From the IMG/VR virus record IMGVR_UViG_3300022723_000184, positions 32,001 through 96,000 of that record: a stretch of DNA of 64,000 nt, one strand, 5' to 3'. The notes below the pieces were generated by a model that had not been told where the DNA came from, searched no databases, and worked only from the letters and a program-made list of their open reading frames with translations. This document shows positions 8,834 through 17,800 of this stretch, piece by piece. The position numbers and the translations under genes were made by a program. The DNA is from a virus. Lineage: Duplodnaviria > Caudoviricetes. Numbering within the stretch: the first letter of the stretch is position 1; each line of letters starts with the position of its first letter.

Positions 8834-11800
8834 GATAAAGGAGTTGTTGCCGCGATCATCCCCGACAACCAGATGCCCCACGACAAAGCGGGCAGCCCGT
8901 ACGAGGTGCTGCTCAACCCCCTTGGGGTCATCAGCCGCTGTTACGACGAGCAGACTGAGTTCTTGACGGATCGAGGCTGGGTGTTTGGTCGTGACGTTCA
9001 TCAAGACGACCAGTTCGTTTGCTACCACGTCTGGACCGAGAACCTGTACACAATGCCACAGTTGGAGAAGTTTCACGTTGCGGACTACACAGGCAAAATG
9101 CTGAAGTTTGAGAACAAGCTCATGGACTTCTGCGTCACGCCGAATCACCGCATGTGGGCTGCTTGTGGATACCCCGGCGCGCCATGGCAGGAAGTGACGG
9201 CCGAGCGAATTTTCGACCGAAACGGGTGGAAGGTGCCTGTGGCCGGAAACCCGGTACCCGGTGAAGATCGGGACTTCGTGTTGCCGCAGATCGAGCGCCA
9301 CGTGAAGGATACGCAGTCGTCTGTAGAAGAAATTGTGATTGAAGCCGGGGACTGGGCCGAGTTCCTTGGTTGGTACGTGGCCGAAGGTAACGCCGACGAG
9401 AAAGTCCACATCTCTCAGAGTATCGAGGCTAATCCGGAAAACTGTAGCCGGATCGAGGAGCTGTTGAATCGCCTTCCGTTCGCCTGGAACTACAACGCGA
9501 AGAACACGCAGTTCCACATCACATCGAAGCGTCTTTGTGAGCACCTGAAACCGTTGGGGCTGTGTGATGAGAAGCACGTCCCGGACTGGGTCTTCTCGCA
9601 GAGCCCAGAGACACGGCAGCGGTTCCTAGATAGCTATCTGGCCGGTGACGGCGACAAAGATCAGACGAACAGAGACCATGCGTATTGGGGCGCCGGTACA
9701 ACGTCAAAACAGTTGGCGCAGGACCTCCAGCGACTGCTTATCTACCAAGGCTATTCGGCGAATACGTCGAAGCAGCCTTCGGGTATGTGGCGGGTCGGTA
9801 TTCACGCTAAACGGCACCGAATCTTGGAGAAACAGAACTGGGCCGAAGTTGACTACGACGGTAAGATCTATTGCCCGACGGTGCCAACCGGGTACATCGT
9901 GACTCGCCGCAACGGAAAGGTTTTGATCGCGGGCAACACCAACCCGGCCCAGATGGTGGAGGCCGCGTTGGGCAAGCTCGCCAAGCACCGCGGCCAGCCG
10001 ATCAAGGTCGAGGACTTCGACGAGAACATCGAGGACATGACTGAGTGGGCCAGGGATCAGCTGCGTAAGGCGGGGCTCTCGGACACCGAGGACATTGTCG
10101 ACCCTAGCACCGACAAGAAGATCAAGGGGATCAACACCGGCAACCGCTTCTTCATGAAGCTGCACCACACGGCGGAATGTTTTGACGATCAAACCGAGGT
10201 ACTTACAAAGCGAGGGTGGGTCTCGTGGGTTGATGCGCGAGACGATGATGAGTTCGCGACGCTTGATGGCGGCGACCTTGTTTATGAGCAGGCCGAGCGG
10301 GTAGTTCGCAGCGAGTACTACGGGCAATTGTGTTGTTTTGAGGGCAGATACCTTGACTATGCCGTTACCCCGAATCACCGACTCTGGTTGAAATCTTATA
10401 ACTGGCAAAAGGAGTGGGGGTTTCGCGAGGCCGGTGAGGTTCATGGGCGGCGGTTCTCTGTGCAACAATTCGGTCCCTCGGCGGCAGGTAACAATCCCGC
10501 AACCACTAAGATCGGCGATGACGACGTGGATTGGGATGATTACGCGGAGCTTGTTGGGTGGTGGGTCACTGAGGGGTACGCCAAGGTTACGCGTCGCCGG
10601 GCCTGCGTGATGATCTATCAAAGTGAATCCGCGAACCCGGAAAAACTTGCTAGGATTGAGGAGCTTGTGGCTCGTTTGCCGTGGCCCTGGCATTATTACA
10701 AAGTAAAAGGCGAGATTTTCGGTGTTGGCATTAGTAGTAGGGCACTTGCTGAGCATTTGAAGCAGTACGGAACACATTCACACAATAAGCGCTTACCGCG
10801 GCATCTCCTTGAGGGAGGATTGACCGGGCGACAGCGACTATTCGCGTCGATGATGGATGGCGACGGCAATCGGCAGACCACGCCGACTGGAAACATGGAA
10901 AGATTCACGACGACCTCTAAGGGGTTGGCAGATGATTTTCAGGAGTTGTGTGTTCGATCCGGATTCGGTGCGGTTATCCGCCCGGTTAAGCCGAGGAAAG
11001 AGACGCATTATTTGCCTGCGTGGACTTGCGGCGTCGCGTTGTCGCGAACAACCGCCCAGATCGACGGTGACCGCAATCTGGGCGGGTTCTCCCTTCGCAT
11101 GTACAAAGGCGTTGTTTATTGCGCAACGATGCGAACGGGGATGCTATATGTTCGGCGTAACGGTAAGCCGATGTGGAGCGGTAACTCCAAAGGACAGGGA
11201 CGTGGATCCGGAGGTTATACGGCTGAGGATGCACCGGCGAAGGGCGGCGAGACGGGCAGCAAGAGAATTGCGCTGCTCGATGTTAACGCCCTCCTCTCCC
11301 ACGGCGCTACAGAGGTTCTTCGGGATGCTTCTGCGATTCGCGGGCAGAAAAACGAAGACTACTGGCTGCAGTTCATGCAGGGCTACACACCTAAGCAGCC
11401 GAAGGTCCCGCTCGTCTACGAGAAGTTCGTCAACGAGCTGAAGGGCGCCGGGATCAACGTGGTGCGTGACGGGACGCAGACCAACATCATGGCGCTGACC
11501 GATGACGACATCGATCAGCTGGCCGGCGACCGCACGATCAAGTCGGGCGAGACCGTCCACTTCGACAAGGACCTCAAGCCGATCCCGGGCGGCCTGTTCG
11601 ACCCGGCGGTGACCGGCGGTCACCACGGTCGGCGGTGGGCCGCGATCAAGCTGGCCGAGCCCATGCCCAACCCGGTGATGGAAGAGCCGATCCGTCGAGT
11701 GCTCGGGCTGACTGGCAAGAAGTTCCAGGACATTATCGCGGGCAAGGACACGCTGCCCCGTTACGGCACCGGGCTGCGGGCGATTTCCGAGGCACTCGAA

Positions 11801-12877
11801 AACATCAACCTCGACCGCGAGATCCTGAGGACGCAGGGCGAGATCAAGAACGGGACGAAGGCGGCACGCGACGCCGCCGTGCGAAGGCTCGGCTACCTGA
11901 AGAGCGCCAAGCGGCTCAACATCCACCCGCGACAGTGGATGCTCAAGAAGGCCCCGGTCCTGCCTCCGCAGTTCCGCCCGGTCAGCGTGATGACCGACAA
12001 AGAGATCCCGCTCGTCGCCGATCCCAACTTCCTCTACAAGGAGTTGATCGAGGCGAACAACAACCTCATCGACATGAAAGGTGCGGTCGGCGATGAAGTG
12101 GGTGACGAGCGGCTGGCGGTCTACAACGCGTTCAAGGCGGTGACAGGGCTCGGCGACCCGATCACGCAGGAGTCGAAAGAGAAGAACGTCCGCGGCATCC
12201 TCAAGAGCGTGTTCGGCTCCAGCCCGAAGTTCGGCACCGCGCAGCGGAAGCTCATCGGGACGACGGTCGATAACGTGGGGCGTGCGGTGATCACGCCGAA
12301 CCCCTCGCTCGACATGGACAGCGTCGGCCTGCCCGAGGACCGGGCGTTCGAGGTGTACAAGCGGTTCCTGGTCCGCCGGCTCAAGCGGAAGGGGATGCCT
12401 GTGGCCCAGGCCATGCGGCACGTCAACGAGAAGTCGAGCTTGGCCCGAGACGTCTTGATTGAGGAGATGGAGCAGCGGCCGGTGATCATCAACCGGGCGC
12501 CCGTCCTCCACCGGTTCGGGATCATGGCCTTCAAGCCTCGCCTGGTGAAGGGCAGCACCCTGCAGGTGAGCCCGCTGGTCGTGAAGGGGTTCAACGCTGA
12601 CTTCGACGGCGACGCCATGAACTACCACGTGCCGACGGACGAGGAGGCCCGCAAAGAGGCTCTCGACCGGATGCTCCCCAGCCGCCAGTTGCTGAGCCCG
12701 TCCGACTTTAAGTCGCCGGTCCACGCTCCGAGCCAGGAGTACGTCGGCGGTCTGTACCACGCCACCGCAAGCAAGAGCGAGCGGCCGGTTCGGACGTTCG
12801 CCAGCCAGAAGGACGCGATCGCCGCGTACAGGCGAGGCGAGATCAGCATCGACGACCAGGTGCAGATCATCGGGTAG
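8834..12877 (+). CDS. rpoB-rpoC: RNAP beta C-terminus fused in frame to beta' N-terminal half (catalytic NADFDGD), with 2 inteins; no credible start codon of its own
   Basis: DKGVV, LLNPLGVISR|TNPAQ, FMKLHHTAE|SKGQGR and YEKFVNELKGAGINVV are the end of beta. These run directly into PGGLFDPAVTGG, KLAEPMPNP, PVLPPQFRP, VGRAVITP, RPVIINRAPVLHRFGI and GFNADFDGDAM (12593-12613), which are beta'. Confidence 0.92.
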   Translation, partial: DKGVVAAIIPDNQMPHDKAGSPYEVLLNPLGVISRCYDEQTEFLTDRGWVFGRDVHQDDQFVCYHVWTENLYTMPQLEKFHVADYTGKMLKFENKLMDFCVTPNHRMWAACGYPGAPWQEVTAERIFDRNGWKVPVAGNPVPGEDRDFVLPQIERHVKDTQSSVEEIVIEAGDWAEFLGWYVAEGNADEKVHISQSIEANPENCSRIEELLNRLPFAWNYNAKNTQFHITSKRLCEHLKPLGLCDEKHVPDWVFSQSPETRQRFLDSYLAGDGDKDQTNRDHAYWGAGTTSKQLAQDLQRLLIYQGYSANTSKQPSGMWRVGIHAKRHRILEKQNWAEVDYDGKIYCPTVPTGYIVTRRNGKVLIAGNTNPAQMVEAALGKLAKHRGQPIKVEDFDENIEDMTEWARDQLRKAGLSDTEDIVDPSTDKKIKGINTGNRFFMKLHHTAECFDDQTEVLTKRGWVSWVDARDDDEFATLDGGDLVYEQAERVVRSEYYGQLCCFEGRYLDYAVTPNHRLWLKSYNWQKEWGFREAGEVHGRRFSVQQFGPSAAGNNPATTKIGDDDVDWDDYAELVGWWVTEGYAKVTRRRACVMIYQSESANPEKLARIEELVARLPWPWHYYKVKGEIFGVGISSRALAEHLKQYGTHSHNKRLPRHLLEGGLTGRQRLFASMMDGDGNRQTTPTGNMERFTTTSKGLADDFQELCVRSGFGAVIRPVKPRKETHYLPAWTCGVALSRTTAQIDGDRNLGGFSLRMYKGVVYCATMRTGMLYVRRNGKPMWSGNSKGQGRGSGGYTAEDAPAKGGETGSKRIALLDVNALLSHGATEVLRDASAIRGQKNEDYWLQFMQGYTPKQPKVPLVYEKFVNELKGAGINVVRDGTQTNIMALTDDDIDQLAGDRTIKSGETVHFDKDLKPIPGGLFDPAVTGGHHGRRWAAIKLAEPMPNPVMEEPIRRVLGLTGKKFQDIIAGKDTLPRYGTGLRAISEALENINLDREILRTQGEIKNGTKAARDAAVRRLGYLKSAKRLNIHPRQWMLKKAPVLPPQFRPVSVMTDKEIPLVADPNFLYKELIEANNNLIDMKGAVGDEVGDERLAVYNAFKAVTGLGDPITQESKEKNVRGILKSVFGSSPKFGTAQRKLIGTTVDNVGRAVITPNPSLDMDSVGLPEDRAFEVYKRFLVRRLKRKGMPVAQAMRHVNEKSSLARDVLIEEMEQRPVIINRAPVLHRFGIMAFKPRLVKGSTLQVSPLVVKGFNADFDGDAMNYHVPTDEEARKEALDRMLPSRQLLSPSDFKSPVHAPSQEYVGGLYHATASKSERPVRTFASQKDAIAAYRRGEISIDDQVQIIG
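8939..9937 (+). mobile_element. Intein 5 (333 aa, LAGLIDADG)
   Basis: CYDEQTEF...IYCPTVPTGYIVTRRNGKVLIAGN followed by +1 Thr; motifs GWYVAEG and SYLAGDG. Confidence 0.9.
10178..11185 (+). mobile_element. Intein 6 (336 aa, LAGLIDADG)
   Basis: CFDDQTEV...VYCATMRTGMLYVRRNGKPMWSGN followed by +1 Ser; motifs GWWVTEG and SMMDGDG. Confidence 0.9.
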
Positions 12878-12880
12878 TGC

Positions 12881-12909
12881 TTCACTCGCCTAAAGTTGTG
12901 AGGTACACT
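12881..12909 (+). promoter_or_regulatory. Possible sigma70-type promoter TTCACT-17-TACACT
   Basis: Intergenic, canonical spacing, upstream of the CACGGAAGG RBS of the 12937 gene. Confidence 0.4.
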
Positions 12910-12936
12910 GACAGGATCACCACGGAAGGGCCCAAC

Positions 12937-13605
12937 ATGAGCAACCACCAGGTCAACCCTCAGCTGCACACCATGGCCATGCAGGCCGTCGCCGGTTACA
13001 TCGGCAAGGTGGCTGCGGAGGAGAAGAAAGCGTTTATCCCGGGCAGCGATCCGGCGATGGGCGGTGGCGGCATGCCCCCTGGCGGGGACCCGATGGCGGC
13101 GGCCGGCGGCGGCATGCCGATGGACCCTGCGATGATGGGTGGCGGCATGCCCATGGACCCCGCGATGATGGGCGGCGCCATGCCCCCGGCTCCCCCTGCG
13201 GCACCTGCTCCGGCGCCCGCCGCGCCCGCCGCGGCCCCCGAGCAGGTCAAGCCCAAGATCGACGTCAACGTCGAGATCATGCAGATCAAGCACATGCTGG
13301 CCCGCCTCGCCGACGCGATGGGCGTCCAGCTCTCGGCCGCCGAGATGGCGACCACTCCCGAGAAGCTCACCGAGATGGCACAGGGAGGCGGCCCTGGTGG
13401 TGCGGTGGGCGGCGGTGATCCTTCGGCGATTCAGCCCCCGCAACCGATCGATCCCATGCAGGCGGCGACGCCCGCTGAGAAAGGCGCGTCGATCCACGAC
13501 CGCACCGGCTTCAACACGCCGGACACCGCGGGCCTCGGCGAGACCGCCAGCCGGGCCTCCGCGATCTTGGCCATCAGGGGGCGGTCGAACGGTAGCGCTG
13601 CGTGA
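12937..13605 (+). CDS. Met/Gly/Pro-rich low-complexity protein, 222 aa (probable head-internal)
   Basis: RBS then ATG at 12937; EKKA and EKGA motifs; repeats GGGMPMDPAMM. Confidence 0.75.
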   Translation: MSNHQVNPQLHTMAMQAVAGYIGKVAAEEKKAFIPGSDPAMGGGGMPPGGDPMAAAGGGMPMDPAMMGGGMPMDPAMMGGAMPPAPPAAPAPAPAAPAAAPEQVKPKIDVNVEIMQIKHMLARLADAMGVQLSAAEMATTPEKLTEMAQGGGPGGAVGGGDPSAIQPPQPIDPMQAATPAEKGASIHDRTGFNTPDTAGLGETASRASAILAIRGRSNGSAA

Positions 13606-13868
13606 TCGTCGAAATCATCAGCGACGGCAAACCGCTACGCATCCCGGCGAGTCAGTTGGTCGTCTTTGACGACAACGGCACGCCGATTTGCGTTGCGGGC
13701 GAGTACGGGCCGGACGGTGCGTACAAGGTCTCGCACGCGGCCGACGAAGACTTCAACCAAAGCCTGCGTGCCTTCGGGGTTGGAAGGCACCAGGTCGTCA
13801 CAGATTTCCTAGAGCCACCTCCCGTTCCCGGCGGGGCGAGGCCGCTTACAGGACCATCGAAAGGATGA
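13602..13868 (+). CDS. Hypothetical protein, 88 aa
   Basis: GTGA overlap with the upstream gene and ATGA overlap with the downstream gene. Confidence 0.7.
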   Translation: MIVEIISDGKPLRIPASQLVVFDDNGTPICVAGEYGPDGAYKVSHAADEDFNQSLRAFGVGRHQVVTDFLEPPPVPGGARPLTGPSKG

Positions 13869-14794
13869 GCGTCATGTCCGATCACCCCAAGAACACGAAC
13901 CACATCTACGGCAGCAACAACAAATCGGTCGTCGACAACCGGCATGGTGACCGAAAGGGCAGACCGGGTCAGCCATTGAAAGCGAACCCGAGTTACCTAA
14001 CGAACAAGGACAACCCGTCGGCCGACAAGTACTACCGCAACCCGACGGAGGGCGGCCAGGAGGTGGCCCCGAACTCCAACGTTTCGACCAGCTCTTACCT
14101 CCACCCGCAGAGCACGGCTCCCCTCTCGCTCACGAACGAAGCGGACATGGGCGGGGTCTTCGACCTGATCCTCGGCCGCCTGCGTTCGGGCCAGGCCAAG
14201 GTGATCGTCCAGGTGACCGACGCCAACCTGGAGCGGCGTCTCGACGCCCGCCTCGACATGGCCCAGGCCCGCCAGCAAATTGACAACCGACAGCGTGCCG
14301 CCGTCCAGATCGGGCGCCCCGCTGCCTTGTCCGCGGCTACCGTGGCCGCCCCGACGCCCACCCCGACCACCGAGCGTCAGGCCGACGACGACCTGGCGTC
14401 CGACATCGACCCGGAGGCCTACGTGAACGGCGAGCTGCCCGAAGACGCGATCGACACCAACGCCTCGGCCGTGGCCGTCATCGAGGGCCCGGAGGCAGGC
14501 ACCGACGAGGGCGAGGACCTGGGCGAGGAGCCCGGGCCCGAGGGCGAGCCCGGCGAACCGCAGGCCTCGGACGGGGACGGCGGGGACGATGACGACGATG
14601 ACGACGACGGCGATGACGGGGACGACGATGACGACGAGGAGGAGGATGACGACGATGGCGAAGAAGAAGCTCCGGAAGGCGAGGAAGACGAAGAGGACGA
14701 GTTCGGCGACGTGCTAGACGACGTCGAAGAAGAACTCGACGACGACCTGGCGGACCTCGACGAAGAGCCCGAGTCTCATCTTCCAAGCCGATGA
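13865..14794 (+). CDS. Protein with an extremely acidic C-terminal tail, 309 aa
   Basis: ATG at 13865 coupled to the upstream stop; the final ~100 aa are mostly D/E. Confidence 0.75.
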   Translation: MSVMSDHPKNTNHIYGSNNKSVVDNRHGDRKGRPGQPLKANPSYLTNKDNPSADKYYRNPTEGGQEVAPNSNVSTSSYLHPQSTAPLSLTNEADMGGVFDLILGRLRSGQAKVIVQVTDANLERRLDARLDMAQARQQIDNRQRAAVQIGRPAALSAATVAAPTPTPTTERQADDDLASDIDPEAYVNGELPEDAIDTNASAVAVIEGPEAGTDEGEDLGEEPGPEGEPGEPQASDGDGGDDDDDDDDGDDGDDDDDEEEDDDDGEEEAPEGEEDEEDEFGDVLDDVEEELDDDLADLDEEPESHLPSR

Positions 14795-14840
14795 GCAGGC
14801 ATTGCGCCCGGTCAGTATAACTTCAAAAGTACTTTTTGAA
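14773..14840 (+). repeat. Direct repeat copy 1 (CTCATC-N9-GATGAG inverted repeat plus TTCAAAAGTACTTTTTGAA box)
   Basis: Aligns with 21583-21652. Confidence 0.85.
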
Positions 14841-14857
14841 TCGGGGCACGGAGGCCC

Positions 14858-17800
14858 ATGAAGGCGACGGTCGGTCAACTTCTGGTGAACGACGCACTCC
14901 CGGAGGACATGCGGGACTACCAAATGGTCCTCGACAAAAAGGGTGTGCGGAATCTCATGGCCGACCTGGCCCGTAAGCACCCGGAGGATTACCGGGAGGT
15001 CAGCCACAAGCTCTCACAGATCGGTTGGCGTTCGGCCCAGGAATCCGGCGGCTACAGCTTCGGCTTGGAGCACATGCTCAAAAGCAAGACCGGCCGAGAG
15101 ACCCGCCAACGCATCCAGAAAAAGATCAACGAGATCCTCGCCGACGACCGGCTCACCGACGAGCAGCGTGAGCAGCTGATCCTCAAGCACATCGGCAAGG
15201 AACGCGAGGCCATGCAGTCGGGGATCTTCGACGAGGCCCGCGCCGCGAAGAACCCGCTGGCCATGCAGGTGTTGGGCTCGGGCCGCGGCAACCCGATGAA
15301 CCTGTCGAGCCTGTTGGGCTCGGACCTGCTGTACACCGACCAGCGTGACCGGCTGATTCCGATCCCCGTGCTCCGCAGTTACAGCGAGGGCCTGAGCCCC
15401 GCCGAGTACTGGGCCGGGACCTACGGCGCCCGCAAGGGCGTGATGTGTTTGGCTAAAGGAACTCAGGTGCTGATGGCCGATTACACGGACAAGCCGATCG
15501 AGAAGGTGAAACCTGGTGACTGGGTGATGGGATCTGATCGTCAAGGGCGGATGACGCCTGTGAGGGTTATCCGTCGTTACTACAACGGTGTGCAGCCTTG
15601 CTACCGCTACCGATTTCGCAAAAATAGTTGCCGTTTGCCGTCCTCGCATCGAACACTCGTGGCGACCGAAAAGCATAAGGTCCTTGCCACCGTAAAAGCC
15701 GGACGACCCGGTTCAACCTATGCACACCGGTCAATCTACGTCCCGACACCATTACCGCTTGAAGCGGCGCGTCTGCTTAAAAATCCAGTAAAGAATGAAT
15801 ACGTGGCGACGCCGGCGGCCGGGGAGGCGGGCGAGCAGTCCCGAGTGCGAGAACCGTCGGCCTTGTTGTATGGGTTGATGCTCGGCGACGGGTGTATGGC
15901 AGAATCGACCCGTGGGCGGTATTTGTTGTCGTGCAATGACCCGCTCCTTTTGGACGACCTGCGTGAGTACATCTCATTGTTCGACGTGTTTTTGGACAAA
16001 GCAGGCGGTGATAATTACAACTATACGCTGGCGGGCGATGGGGGGGCTGCGGTTGCGGTCGATTTGAAGACGCGTCTCGGCGAGAAATTGGCCCACGATA
16101 AGGAGCTTCCAGAGGGTTGTTTCGCATGGGACGATGTTTCGGTTGGTCAGTTGCTCGGAGGATTGTTTTCCACCGACGGCTCGATTACTGGCCGAAACGG
16201 TAACGCAACAATTAAGTTGACACTTTCTTCCCGGCGTATGGTGGAACAAGTGCAACGACTGTTGGAACTCCGGTTGGGTATATGGTCCGGCGGGCTGATC
16301 TTCACAGCTAAAGAAAAGAAGAAGAACGCAACGCACGACCAATGGGGTTTTGCGGTGTCACACGCTGCGTCGGTTGCCAGGTTTTTCGCGCGGGTCCCCT
16401 TGTACGGCAAGAAGAGGGTTCAGGCGAAGCGTATCGCGGCTACCATGAAACCGGACCACTCAAACGGGTCACCGGGGTTTAAGATCTACGATCGAGAACC
16501 GGCTGGCGAAATTGCTACATATGATTTGGAGGTTGATCACCCAGACCACCTGTTTGTGCTTTCTAGCGGCCTGGTCGTGTCCAACAGCACGAAGTTCGCC
16601 ACCCAGGAGGCGGGCTTCCTCTCTAAGCAGCTCAACCAGATGGGCCACCGCCTGGTGGTCACAGATGAGGACGGGGACGGCGAGCCCGATTCGCTCCGCG
16701 GCCTGCCGGTGGATGTCGACGACCCGGACTCCGCGGGAAGCCTGCTGGCCCACGACGCCGGCGGCTACAAGCGGAATACGGTGATCACGCCCAAGATCCT
16801 GCACAACCTTCGCCGCCAAGGTCTCAAGCGGATACTGGTCCGCAGCCCCACGGTCGGTGGTAGCCCTGAGGGTGGTATCTACAGCCGTGACGCCGGCGTC
16901 CGCGAGAAGGGCGGGCTCCCGGGTCGCGGCGAGAACATCGGCCTGGCCGCTGCCCAGGCGTTGTGTTTGTCTGGAGGGACGAGAGTCCAGATGGCCAACG
17001 GAGAGGTCAAAGCGGTGGAGGACGTTAAGCCCGGAGATGTAGTTCTGGGATGCAGTGTCGACGGGGTGTTGCGGCCTGTTCCTGTGCTTGACGCTTGTTT
17101 CAGCGGCATTAAATCGTGTGTGAAGGCCCTGTTCAGGCGGGGCACGGGTAAGGCCGCCAAAGACAATCTGCTAGAGCTGGTCGCGACTCCAGAGCACAAA
17201 ATACTCTCCGAGATTGTTGTTCGTTCGGGTAGGGGTTCGGTAAAACGTGTTCCTTACTTCGATCCGGTTGCCGTTCGCCCGCTCGGAACCAAAATCCCAC
17301 ATGAAAAGCGATCAGGGGGCGATCGGTTCTGCGCTAAACTGGCGTCGTCCTTTGACGATACCGGGCTTGGTGTTCAACCTTTAGCTTTTCTTTTGGGTCT
17401 GGTAATCGGTGATGGTTGCTATAGCGGATCAGCGAACTGCGTAGGGTTCAGCTGTTATGATCCGGTGCTCGCCGCTGACGTCGGTGCGTATCTCAAGCCG
17501 TTGAACTTCGAGATCAAAAACAACACGGATAACGAGTACCGCGTTGTCGATACAACGCACCGCCAAGTGAAGCGACGCGAAGATGGTAGCTGGTATCGCA
17601 GCCGTCTTATTGAGCTGCTTCGTGTCGAGGGAATGTTCGGGCAGACGAGCAGTATTAAGACTTTGCCGAAGTCCGTGCACTCGTGGGATAACGCGTCTGT
17701 GGCTGCGCTGATCGCCGGTCTGCTCGTAACGGACGGGTACGTGATATCGACGGGCGGTTTGGGGTTCGGATCGAACTCTAAGTGCTTGCTGGATGGCGTT

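Noticed and set aside
8826-8836. TAG reassignment, split intein, or group I/II intron as the explanation of the beta break
   Set aside because: Readthrough would not fix the frame and other genes end normally in TAG; intein 4 is complete before the stop; 5 nt cannot form an intron.
12877-12936. GTG-started extension of the Met/Gly/Pro-rich gene
   Set aside because: A good RBS precedes ATG 12937, and the extension overlaps a promoter-like sequence.
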